Source of the DNA: Octopus vulgaris
Taxonomy: Eukaryota
Assembly: GCA_951406725.2 (NCBI GenBank)
Contig: OX597814.1
Coordinates: 94,550,001 to 94,614,000, forward strand
Length of the DNA: 64,000 bases
Reading direction: 5' to 3'
A program made the translations under genes and the position numbers. Below are positions 45,651-57,889 of this stretch, piece by piece; the stretch's first letter is position 1, and each line of letters starts with the position of its first letter. The notes under the pieces were generated by a model. The model was not told the origin of the DNA, did not search any database, and saw only the letters and a program-made list of their open reading frames with translations.

Positions 45651-48600
45651 CGAAATTTTGCTAATCTTCTTGCCCATTTCTTCGCCTTCGACCTAGGATT
45701 ATAAATTAGAGAACTGATTCGGAGTGGATTGTAAGTGTTTCACATCTACTTATTAGCGTATTGGCGCTGACATTCCAGAGCCCTTATTTATAATCAAATC
45801 TTGCAGATTAATACGGAAGACGGAGTGTAATTATAAGCATTTATTAACACAACAATCGTTTCAGCTTCATTCTACTATGCTCCCTAGTGAGCGAGTAACG
45901 TTGTAATAACATCAGATGCAACGCAGAGTACAAAAGACCATGTATGTATACATATATACATATACAGATGGATAAATATGATGTCCCATATATATTTGAA
46001 TATTTATTGCTTTATACGTTGCCTCTATTCGTATGTGCATGTGTATACAGAGAGAGAGAGAGAGGAGGGATAGGTAGAGAAACAGTGAGGAGGAAGAAGG
46101 GGCCGACAGACGGATAGAAAGAGAGATGATATGTAGTAATCGAACTAAGGAAAATGAGCGATAATTACAATGTTTGCAAATGGAGGATTTAGGGGTCAAA
46201 GATTCTTTTTTAAACAAGATCTAGAAGAAAACTTCATGTGATTTAGTGCCAGATTATAAAACATTAAATCCATTTATGTATATAGTTTTTGTGAGAACTT
46301 TGCAGCTTTAATATAATGTGTGTGTGTGTATGTATATATGTATGTGTATGTGTATATGTATGTATATATGTATGTATACTTATACGTATAAATACATATG
46401 CAGATCGATGCACGCAAATACACATGCAAACGGACACACGCAAGAGCGCGCGTGCACACACACATACAGACAAATAGATAGTGCACTGAAAGAGATACCT
46501 CCAGACTAACTAAAAAAAGAGTTAAAAAGAAACCCGTACGCATAAACGCTACAGTTAATACCGAATTGATTCGATATAAATTGACAAAAAGGAAAAAAAC
46601 ACTCATAAAAACTGAAGTAAAGATAAAAGAATGTGATATAATCAAATCTAAAAGAAATAATAACAATAAAGAAATAATGAAGAAGAGTGAAAGAAACTAC
46701 GATGTGACTGCGGGGAAATAAGATCAGCCCATCTGATTAAAATCTTGTTGAAAAAAAAGAGAATATAAACAACCAGATGAACTGCAAAGAAAAGTGAATA
46801 AATATAGCAAGAAGACCGTAAGCAATTATACTTTCAAATAAGAATTCAGTCTTTATAATAAGCTGTCACAAGAAATATCAGTTTTATGATTTAAAGTATG
46901 TCTGACGATCTGTTTTCATTTGCTGGAAATATTCTTCGGTAATCCTCGAAGAAAGAAAGAACCAATAAACACTATTTAAGAGTAATTTATTTCTATCATT
47001 TGTTACGCAGTGTCGCAGCTGGGCGAGTCGTTACGACTGTTGATCTATCTAAAGGGTCAAAAAGTTTTATTGACTGCGCTTGAACACTGCTGTATTTAGC
47101 AAAAAGTCATGATACATCAACTATTTGTATAATTTTTGTCTGTTTGTGTGCCTGGTGCAGTGTTTTCCAAAATGGATTCCGCAAAAAAAAAAAAAAAAAA
47201 GATTTTGGTGTTCCGCGAGATATGTTGTCCGTTAAATTTTAATATACTTTCATTTTACAAACAAAATTATATTCATCATTTTCCTGTTTCCTTTCTTAGC
47301 ATCTGGTATTTAACATAATTATGTGATATGATTTATATAGTACATGATGTTTTTTGTTTTATAAAGAAACGTTGCTCATTTTAATGTATTAAAATAGTGA
47401 GGCAGTGTGTTGAGTTTAAAACATGTGAGTTCCGCAACTTTTAGAAAATCGTATGAGCGTTACACAAGAAAATAAGTTCAATCGCAACTGGTCTAATATA
47501 TTTCCTGACTTACAGTAAAGTGATGCTTGTTAAAAGCATTTCGTGTACTTCGTGTTCAATTTAATATCTTGAAAAAGGATGAATTTTCATAGACTAACTT
47601 ATAAATTTTGTATGATGTATTAAGGAACAATTTTTCGTGCATTTAACCATTGCACTTTCTCCATCTCAGTTTATGAGACTGATACTCTTGGTGTTCTGTT
47701 TAAGCAACAGTAGCACGATAATTTATGGAAAATATTACTGGAAATGGAAGCTTAGAAGATTTCCAAGATTTTGAACAAAGCAAGAACGGAAGTTTGCGGG
47801 TGAGACACATTCTAGGTGATGAGAGCAGATAAGACAATTACGTCAGTAGGCATACATAAAAAAGGGGTGACCGGTGAGTGACTCGCTGCCAATCAATCGA
47901 ATGGTCTTCTAGGATAATGTTGCTTGTATGTATTTTGGCAGCAGTACTCTTAACATGGAAGCAGTATTCAGTTGGGGCTCCTACTTGAAATTTGTAGAGA
48001 GTGAGTACCTGATCAAAAACGAAATATTTCCTGGAAAACTAGATTTGGTATTCAGTTTCCATGGAGTTATGATTTTGAGACAACGAATTTTGCGATTCTT
48101 ACCATTTGTAACGATTTTCCGAGTTAAATAGCGTTAATCTCGAATAGAATGGATGAAGTGCTATATCCCATGTAAGTTTACCTAGAGATGATGCAATATT
48201 ACGTGGGTATGTCAACAGGGCTCACAATATATATTTCTCTTTATACATTATGTAGAGACACATTCCACATTATCATTATGATTTTCTCGTGTTAAGACGG
48301 AAAACACTGTAAAGTATGTTGTAAACTTTATCGAACGATATATCGATTTACATTCTAATTTTATACATTTCGATTATTAAATTAATAACTTTCGGAAAGG
48401 TGTGAACATCACAACACTTATTCATATCGTCCATCTCATAAGTCTGTAAATTTAAGAATATTTCCAGTCACAGACGTTCAATAAATTGATTTTATAACAA
48501 ACTAAGTACATTATGTTCTGTTATCTAGCAATCATGGTATTATGCCTTTTACTATTTTACATCTATGTGCCAAACACCACTACCAAAATCTTAGAGTTTA

Positions 48601-49130
48601 ACCAAATTCTTTCACCTCTTAATTGCTTGTTGGTTTAAATGTTTACGGAGCTCATATGCACAGTATACCTGCTAGGTTTTTCCTATGGATGCCCTTTATT
48701 ATTAAAATGTGCTTTATCATTTTATATAAGGTAACTTATTGATGTGTTCTATTTTATCACCTCATATATATTCCTCCTCCAATTGGAACAATTATCAGGG
48801 ACATAAGTTTCTTCATATTTCGATCATATACACAACATTGTTTTCATAATCTGTAACTTTTGCAGCTTTAGCATCGTCCTCCTGTTTGTGAATTCTCTAG
48901 TTTGCAATTATGTTCTACATTCTTAAAGGCAGTGGAGCGGCGAAAAGCCTTGGCACGATTCATTTAACATACGTAAGATAATTTAGACTCTGGTTATATA
49001 CTCGTTGATTTTTGACATTTATCCTATCAGTGTTGATATAATGTCCACCAAGTATGCACTAACTTCCTGTATGACGTGACATTATAGTCAAAATAATTTT
49101 AAACATAAAGTTAATAGCATAATTTTTAAA

Positions 49131-49490
49131 TACTCTCTTTTATTCTTTTACTCTTTTACTTGTTTCAGTCATTTGACTTCGGCCATGCTGAAGCACCGCC
49201 TTTAGTCGAGCAAATCGACCCCAGAAAATATTCTTTGTAAGCCAAGTACTTATTCTATCGGTCTCTTTTGCCGAACTGCTAAGTTACCAGCATCGGTTGT
49301 CAAGTGATGTTGGGGAGACGAACACAGATACAAAAAAAAAACACACACACACACACATATACATATATACGACGTGTTTCTTTTAGTTTCCGTCAACCAA
49401 ATCCACTCACAAGGCTTTGGTCGGCCCGAGGCTATAGTAGAAGACACGTACCCAAGGTGCCACGCAGTGGGACTGAACCCAAAACCATGA
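49131..49490 (-). mobile_element. tRNA-derived SINE with internal (CA/TA) tract and (AGTAAAAG)-like tail
   Basis: Minus head ggttcagtcccactgcgtggcaccttggg. Tail tactcttttactt. Fragments occur elsewhere in the window. Confidence 0.85.
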
Positions 49491-49774
49491 GGTACGATGT
49501 TCTGATTTGTATACTTTATTTTTGGTATGATTTCTTGGGCTCATTATGTTTTCTCAACATCTTCAAGTACTTGATCATCCTCTTCTTTATTCAGTTTTTT
49601 AACTTTCTCATCGTTACATATATTGTAGGGAGGAACTTGGACGACTCTTTTCCTTTGAAGTTATTTAATAAAAATGCACTAATTGTTATTATAGTATATT
49701 CTCCGGAAAATATCACAGTTTATCATTGAAGCGCTTTACCATTTAAATGTTTCTCAATATATTTGTACAGATAA

Positions 49775-49988
49775 TAGGCGTTGAGCTGGCAGAACCGTTA
49801 GCACGCCAGACAAAATGCATAGCAGCATTGCGTCCGTCTTTATGTTCTGGGTTCAAATGCCGCCGAAGTTGGCTTTGCCTTTCATCCTTTAGGGGTTGAT
49901 AAAATAAATTCCAGATGAGCATTGGAGTTGATGTAATCGACTTAACCCCTCCCTGAAATTGGTAGCCTTGCACCAAAATGTGAAACTA
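49775..49988 (+). mobile_element. SINE (6690 family), full length
   Basis: aggcgttgagctggcagaaccgttagc...gggttcaaatgccgccgaag...ctttgcctttcatcctttaggggttgataaaat. Confidence 0.9.
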
Positions 49989-50299
49989 TTATTTTGTACA
50001 TGAAAGCTAACACAACAGTGACCACATCGCTGTAGTCATCGACGGTTTCCTAATCACAGAGAATAGCAGTAACAAAAGCTGTAGCATCGACATCGTGATC
50101 ATCGTTACTGCCAACAGACAGTTCGGTACGACGAATTCATGTATTCAGTAATATCATATTATTTGTTTATCATCCTTCAAGATCGATGAACTAAATACCA
50201 GTCAACAACTGAGGCAAATGATACTCTCCACTCATGTGCCAAGATACACACTTTATTATTATTTGCCAAAATTTGAAATCATCATCATCATCATCATCA

Positions 50300-50360
<61 letters not shown>

Positions 50361-50371
50361 TAAAGAAAGTA

Positions 50372-50580
50372 GAGAGGTGGCAGAATCGTCGGCACGCCGG
50401 ACGAAATGTTTAGCGGCATTTCTTCTGCCGCTACGTTCTGAGTTCAAATTCTGCTGAGGTCGACTTTGCTTTTCATCCTTTCAAGGTCGATCAATTAAGT
50501 ACTAGTGAAACACTGGGGTCGCTGGGATCGACTTATCCCCTTCCACGAACTTGTTAGCCTTGTGAAAAAATTGGAATCTA
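50372..50580 (+). mobile_element. SINE (6690 family) between (ATT)n tracts
   Basis: gaggtggcagaatcgtcggcacgccggacgaaatg...gtcgactttgcttttcatcctttc. A 3' fragment also lies at ~50160-50280. Confidence 0.88.
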
Positions 50581-50649
50581 TTATTAATATTATTGAATGT
50601 ATCATTATTATTATTGTTGTTGTTATTATTATTATTATTATTCGTCGTC

Positions 50650-50694
<45 letters not shown>

Positions 50695-50933
50695 ATGTTG
50701 CAGTTACTTTTGTCATTATTGCTTTTGTTGTTGCTGCAGAGATAAATTACAATTATGGAAAACATCATATTTCCTTTAACCGTAATCTCTCAAAACTCAA
50801 TAATTATTATTTTCATATTGAACTATAGGTGCATGACAGCTTCATTTCTACATTTCCACACTTTTCTCTCTCGTCTCATACCCACCCATAGACAAACACA
50901 CGTACATACACACACATATACATACACACACAC

Positions 50934-50975
<42 letters not shown>

Positions 50976-51013
50976 CCATAATATAATAAATATGTATATG
51001 TACTGTGTGTATG

Positions 51014-51044
<31 letters not shown>

Positions 51045-51158
51045 GTATGTGTACTGTATATATATATATATATATATGCGTACACAGATGCATGTATGTG
51101 TGTATAGAGAGATTAGATAGCGAGATAGACATACAGGGATAGAAAGGGGAGAATTACG

Positions 51159-51200
<42 letters not shown>

Positions 51201-51743
51201 AAGAAAGAAAGAAAGAAAGAAGGAAAGAAAGAAAGAAGGAAAGAAAGAAAGGGAGAAATGAGCAAGTATTTATGCATTAACTGTTCATGCATCACCTTAT
51301 ATTTATGGGTTACTCGTATATATTTTGTCATCTATGATATATTTTATTCAGAAGGGAAAAGAAAACATTAAGAAACTGTAAAATAATTCGATAAACAACT
51401 GCATCAATATACATATGTATAATCACATACATCACTGAAGTTGAAGTTTTAATGTATAATATAATTTCTACATCTAGTTAGGTATTTTTTTTATTTATTT
51501 TCTCTAGTTTTCTATATGATGTATTTTTCTTGTAATTCTTGCAATAGTTATTCAACTCGTATAACTCAAGTAAAGTCTCTAACTCTGTAAATAGCTCAGG
51601 AAAACGATCGTAAATCGCCACATATATATTTTTATGTTGATACTTCATTCCATACTTTCTCTTTTGAGTGTATAAAAACGATAGATTTATAGGTGTATAG
51701 TTATATAAAAACAAAATAAGCATATGCATATTTCTTTTATATA

Positions 51744-51777
<34 letters not shown>

Positions 51778-51845
51778 TCTCTATGCAGTTATATAAAAAT
51801 AAACATAATAGATACATATATATATATGTATGTATATATATATGC

Positions 51846-51919
<74 letters not shown>

Positions 51920-52244
51920 ACACAATATATTATATTTTTATATGAATACATAGGGTGAGATAGATGTACTTACACATTAGCATGTATGTGCACACAGAAA
52001 CGCACAGAAACACACGCATATGCATATATATCCATATATGTGTGCATATATGTATGTATGCATGTATGTAAGTATGCTATGTATATATATATAGCGTATG
52101 CATATATATATATATGTATATAGATATATATGTATACATACATATATATATATGTATATCTATATGGTATTTATATTATATAAATGATATATATTTATGT
52201 ATGTAAATGTATTTGTGTGTATAGATACATATACATGTATTCAA

Positions 52245-52282
<38 letters not shown>

Positions 52283-52927
52283 TGTATATACATATATCAT
52301 ACATGTATATATATATATATATATACATCTCGTTTATAGTAAATATATTCTATTCAGAAAAATCGATCTTGATCCATCGTAAATCTAAATTGTAGTTGCA
52401 GTCAAAGTGCTTGTAGGACAACAACAGCTAATACAAACTTGGTTAGAACTTGCAGTTCCTAAAAAATGACTTATAGCTTCTTAAAAATATTGCTGTATTT
52501 GAATGTTAAAATATTGTAAAAAGATGTTCAGCAACCAAAACCAAACCATTAACAGAGAAGAAATATACAAGATGCCAGATGCATATTCATATAGTCTTAC
52601 TTGAGTAGCTTAGTTGTTAGATGTTGTCGGTGTTTTAAACTTTCTAACTTCCAGTTTTTGAGAATTCCATTTTTGTTTTGTCAGACTATGAAGTTGAATT
52701 GCACGGCTTGTACATCTCATACTGTGGAAGGTAGCCAGCAGAAAGATTCTTGTTCAAATAGAAATATTTGAATATAGAAAGAATTATGTGTGGTAACATT
52801 ATGTAAGCATGCACCTTGATCACTTAAATATTTTTGATAGATCGGGAATTAAAAATAATTATTGAAATATATGTATATATATATACTTTTACAAAGACAT
52901 ACGAACAGAAGTATATATAATGTATGT

Positions 52928-52991
<64 letters not shown>

Positions 52992-53029
52992 ATGTGTGAG
53001 TGTATGTATGTATGTATGTATGTATGTAT

Positions 53030-53872
53030 AAATTAACAGAATTAGATTTTAAAAATCCAAGATAGTGAATAGATTTCCGAGCATTTATAAAGAGATGGTC
53101 TTACAGCTGTTTCCGAGATATTTTATAAATCCGTTTATCAGAGACGGTGTGAGAAAATGTTTAAGTAATAGTTATTATAGAGAAGATATGAAATACAGAG
53201 TGAAGTGGAGCAATGAAAACAGACGTGAGATACGTAAGGATATTGTATTTGCAGTTCCATTATTTAAGCACAATGTTGTATATATAAGTTTCCTGTACCT
53301 TGTGTGTGAGTTCCAAAGGTGTTTTTAATTGGTGTTTATAATTCCAAGTATTGAGTCCTGTAAAGGGTGTTATTCGATCGAAGTGTTTCTTTTATGAAAT
53401 GACTTAAATGTTGGGAATGTGTTTGTAAGGTTAAATCAAAAACAGGAAGAGAAAGAGGAAGAAAGAAAGAAAAAAGGGGAAAAGACAATAAAGATGTGAA
53501 AAAAAGAGGTGAGTTAGCTTCACACGTTCTCTCGCTTCACTTGTTTATGTCTCTTTATTGTTTTTTTTCTTTCTCTTTCTTTTCCTGTTTTTTTATTTGA
53601 CTTTACAAACACATTCCCAACTTTTAAGTCACTTCATTAAGAAAAACCCTCGAACGAATAACAACGTTTACAAGACTCTATGCTTGGAATGACCAATTAT
53701 AAACACCTGTGTATTTCATATCTTCTCTATAATAACTATTACTTAAACAGTTTCTTACACTGTCTCTGATGAAGGGAGATATAAAATATCCCGGAAACAG
53801 CTGTAAGACCGCTTTATAAATGTTCGGAAAACTATTCACAGCTTTGGAATTTTTATCTCATTCTGTTAATTT
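53030..53872. mobile_element. Long imperfect foldback, Penelope-like pLTR derived
   Basis: 53030-53198 pairs with ~53708-53872, and ~53316-53495 pairs with ~53552-53708. A hammerhead lies in each arm. Confidence 0.85.
53762..53809 (+). ncRNA. Minimal type I hammerhead ribozyme with intact core
   Basis: GTCT-CTGATGA-AGGGA(gatataaaata)TCCCG-GAAAC-AGCT-GTA-AGAC: stem I GTCT/AGAC, palindromic stem III ACAGCTGT, GUA site. An antisense degenerate copy (CTGATAA) lies at ~53099-53146. Confidence 0.85.
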
Positions 53873-54001
53873 TTATATATATGCATGATATTACATGACC
53901 ATCTTTTGACTCCTCATTTGTATCATTAACTATAGTCTGTCCATAGCACTTACTTAGCATTACTTGACACCTTTGTGTCTTCTTGACACCAATACCTCTC
54001 A

Positions 54002-54116
<115 letters not shown>

Positions 54117-54154
54117 TGTGTGTATTATGTATGTATGCATTCATGTATATATAA

Positions 54155-54209
<55 letters not shown>

Positions 54210-55931
54210 TGTATATATATACATATATTCATATATATATATATGTATATATATGCTTAGGATGTTGGCTTCACGGCCATAACTGTGTATGTTTGATTCC
54301 TGTCCTTAAGCAAAAGATTCTTTGATGTTGATTCAGTCTATTAAGCTTGAACTTAGTACCACCCATGATCTAGTGCGAGCTAGTCCCCTTCCAGTTGACT
54401 GAAGCTGGATATTCCGCTGTATCATGATTAGGAGAGCTGAACTTGTATCTATATCTGCACATGCCCGTATACGTATCTAAACCAATGAGTAAAATTATGA
54501 TACTTGATAGCAAGTTATCTTCGTTCCTGTGTGAAGGCTATACATGCATGCATATGTTTGTCAGTGTGTGTTAGTTATTGTGTCGATCTCTAAGTATGAA
54601 TTTGTTAGTGGATGAATTCTGACAGATACATGTAATTTAGAGGTCAGACTGAATTACCTATTAATCATTTTTTAAACTATAGTGCTCTCATTTCTGTACA
54701 TGTTATCAGTAATATAATATCACTTTCGATACATAAAGTATTAAAACGTAGTTTTAGTTTGTGCATGGATAAGCTCTGTTTAAATTAACTAGACATTGTA
54801 ATTCAATTCATGGTATATAATCAAATATATCTTAGCAAATGTGAACATTACTTTCATAACTTTAATCCGTGTGTTTGCCAGTGAAAGGGTAATTTTGAAA
54901 CAATATTATCTATATTCAAAGCATTAATATGAGAATTTTTTTGAGTGGCCATTGTTACAAGTAGCCAACGTGGGAAGCCATTTTGCTTAACATTGTATAA
55001 AGCAGCCATTTATGTCATTTTAGAGTGTTCACTTAAATTCATTATCATGAACATTATGAAAATATTCGAATCGTTATTGTTATTGTGCAATGAATATAGC
55101 GTTTCTATAACAATTTAATGTATGTTTCTATAATGTAGCGTTTCTATAACAATTTAATGTATGTTTACTAATGTCGAAATGGCAAGAGAGACGTTAATGA
55201 GATAAAAACAAAAACATTATTCAAGGGTCGCGAAAGAGGTTACAGATTTCCATGTAGATTGCTATAAACGGCAGAAATATCCTGAAATTACACATACAAT
55301 ATGATTGATTAGATAGACATGACAACTCTGATATCTAAGGAAAAGTTATGGAAAATTAGGTCACTGAAGATTTCCCCAGTAGTATATGATATGTAAATGG
55401 AATGAGAATTTTTGCTAAGAAATATTCAAACTACAATTACGAGTAAAAACGTATTGTTGTTTACTTAAAGCATTGCAATGTGTGAATAACAAAAATATTT
55501 TTAAAACACTTTTAGGCAATGTGAGAATTTAGACATAAAATCTAAGGTATTGTAAATAAATAAAATTCTTCTATGATGTTGCTTATGCCGCACTTACCAC
55601 CTCTGGCTGCTGCGGATACTACTTATCTTTATCAAACAAAACTAAAACAAAACTGCCACTCCGTCAGTTACGACGACGAGGGTTTCACTTGATCCGATCG
55701 ATGGAACAGCCTGCTCATGAAATTAATTTGCAAGTGACTGCGCACACCTCAGACACTTGTACCCTTAACGTAGTTCTCAAGGAGATTCAGCGTGACACAG
55801 AATGTGATAAGTCTGGCTCTTTGAAATACAGGTACTACTCATTTTTTACCAGCTGAATGGACTGGAGCAATGTGAAATAAAGCACATTATTTACATTTGA
55901 TGGATATTTGTTCTCATCATGTTTGTTGTTA

Positions 55932-55975
55932 ACACAACGTTTTGGCTGATATACCCTCCAGCCTTCATCAGGTGT
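55932..55975 (-). ncRNA. Minimal hammerhead motif, G12 mutated in this copy
   Basis: Minus strand ACAC-CTGATGA-A-GGCTG(gagggtatat)CAGCC-AAAAC-GTT-GTGT. Confidence 0.65.
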
Positions 55976-56037
55976 CTTGGGGAAATTGCGAACCTGGATT
56001 CTCATTCCTAAGGTATTTTTCGATGTTATCATTATTA

Positions 56038-56090
<53 letters not shown>

Positions 56091-56093
56091 TAC

Positions 56094-56154
<61 letters not shown>

Positions 56155-57034
56155 GCCTTTGCACAGCTTCCAACGCTGGAGATGCTACGGTGTCAGCTAT
56201 TCATTACCAGTGAACTAAGGTAACACCTGTTATTTTTCGAGCACCGTCCAGAGTATTCGAGCGGTTCCAAGCAGTGCTGTTTTCTGCAAGTGCTCCACCC
56301 TTATTGTATCCCCTATTTGATCCATGTACTTCTCAAGATCTTCCTCACTGTTTCCAGAGCTCCGACAATTATTGGTACTACTACCACTTTTTCATCGACT
56401 ACAGCTATTTAACCTCTCAAGCTAACCTGTCATATCTATCGACATTTCTTTCTTTCTTGTCGCATACCTTGTTGTCAGCTGGGCTTGCTATATCTATGAT
56501 CCAGTATAGTTTGTTTTCTTTCTCAGCACTATCAGGGTTCCTATTCTCTATTGCAGGATCTGTGCATTATCATTTTCGATGATGCCCTCAGGTTTGTGGT
56601 CGTACCAATTTTTTGCTCTGTCAAGTCCATACTTGTTGCAAAGTGTCCAATGGACAAGCATGGCTGTATTGTCGTGGCCTCTCTTATATTCTGTCTGGGC
56701 TAGTGGCGTACATTGGCTGGTAATATGCCATACAGTTTTACCATTTTTATCCACAGATTCTGCACTTGTCACTTTCTCATGTGTTGTCTATTCTGTATTT
56801 TATTTAGCTTGTTCTTAGTGCTTGCTCTAAAGCTGATCGTTTAAGTGTTCAAAAACTGTAGATATCTAATTTTCTTAACTTATTGGAGGGAAATTCAACA
56901 TACTCACAGGAAATTGTAGACATTCCAGTCTTTGGGAGTTAATTTTCAGTTGTCCTGCTACGTTGTATTAGTGTTTCTGTGTTTTCAGAGGCTGGCAGGT
57001 CAGAGTAGCGAAGAACACGTCCAGCCACTTTCAT
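56155..57034 (-). mobile_element. Internally deleted or chimeric R4/Dong-like RLE element inserted in (AAT)n
   Basis: EQALRT...DKCRICG...TVWHITSQCTPLAQTEYKRGHDN...VHWTLCNKYG...WYDHKPE, then GTARIL and a 3' UTR. The 5' ~200 bp match 23167-23375. Confidence 0.85.
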
Positions 57035-57048
57035 ATTTTATTATTTCA

Positions 57049-57145
<97 letters not shown>

Positions 57146-57889
57146 AATATTATTATTATTATTATTATTATTCATGTCACTACTTGGAATCGAACTCGGA
57201 ATCTTGGGGTTAGTAGCCCGCGCTCTTAACCACTACGCCATATGCCCGTGAAATAAAGTGTCTTGCTCAAGGACACAACGCGTTGTCGCGAATTCAACTC
57301 ACAATCGTAAGCCGAATACCTTAACCTCTAAGCCACAATGATCTGCCTCTGACAACACTTTTCTCCGAAGTCTTAGACAATTTTTTAATATATATGATAA
57401 AGTGAATCTATCCCGAAATATTATAGAAGCATTAACCAACCTATGTAAGGTAATACAATATTTTCTACTTGTTTTATTTATTTACATTACCTTACATGTT
57501 TTTCATAACTCCTCGCCTGCATTGCTTAAATATTTTGTAAACATTTATATCATTTACAATTTGAAGTGCAGTGTTACACGCAAATCACCCTTTCTTAAAT
57601 TATATAGTTAGTCTTCCGATTCAGCAAGTTTAACTTTTAAATGAATTTGTTTCTGCTACAATGAAAAACAAAATGTGTGGTATAAAACGTCGGAATCTTC
57701 GGTATCAAATAGATATAATTATGCCATGTCTCCAAAACCATGCATTAAAATTTAGCACTATACGTATAGAAGTCTTATATTCTATATTCAAGTAAATATA
57801 ATTAAAATTATCATGATGAAAAAAAACATTCAAGGGTAATATTATCGATTTAATATGAAACAGCCATGCATATTTTTTTAATTAGTATA

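Larger units (their letters stand above)
55883..57247 (-). mobile_element. tRNA-headed SINE-like element with internal (AAT)n and hammerhead-containing tail; 11-bp TSD
   Basis: TSD gtgaaataaag at 55872-55882 and 57248-57258. Head GGGCATATGGCGTAGTGGTTAAGAGCGCGGGCTACTAACCCCAAGATTCCGAGTTCGATTCC. Tail at 55883-56030. Confidence 0.8.
55655..57337 (-). mobile_element. Host CORE-like SINE split into 55655-55882 and 57248-57337 by nested insertions
   Basis: Removing 55883-57258 rejoins actggagcaatgtgaaataaag|tgtcttgctcaaggacacaacgc, the same core that is contiguous at ~25015-25062. Confidence 0.85.

Noticed and set aside
45840-45885. Minus-strand GAAACGATTGTTG...AATAAA half-hammerhead
   Set aside because: The CUGANGA half is absent, so it is too fragmentary.
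47005-47495. hAT-like MITE ends (cagtgttttccaaa...)
   Set aside because: Paired TIRs and an 8-bp TSD could not be established.
55097-55166. 31-bp local direct duplication
   Set aside because: It is an ordinary slippage duplication with no further structure.
57172-57247. Genuine tRNA gene
   Set aside because: The acceptor stem does not pair, and it lies inside a TSD-bounded repeat. It is a SINE head.
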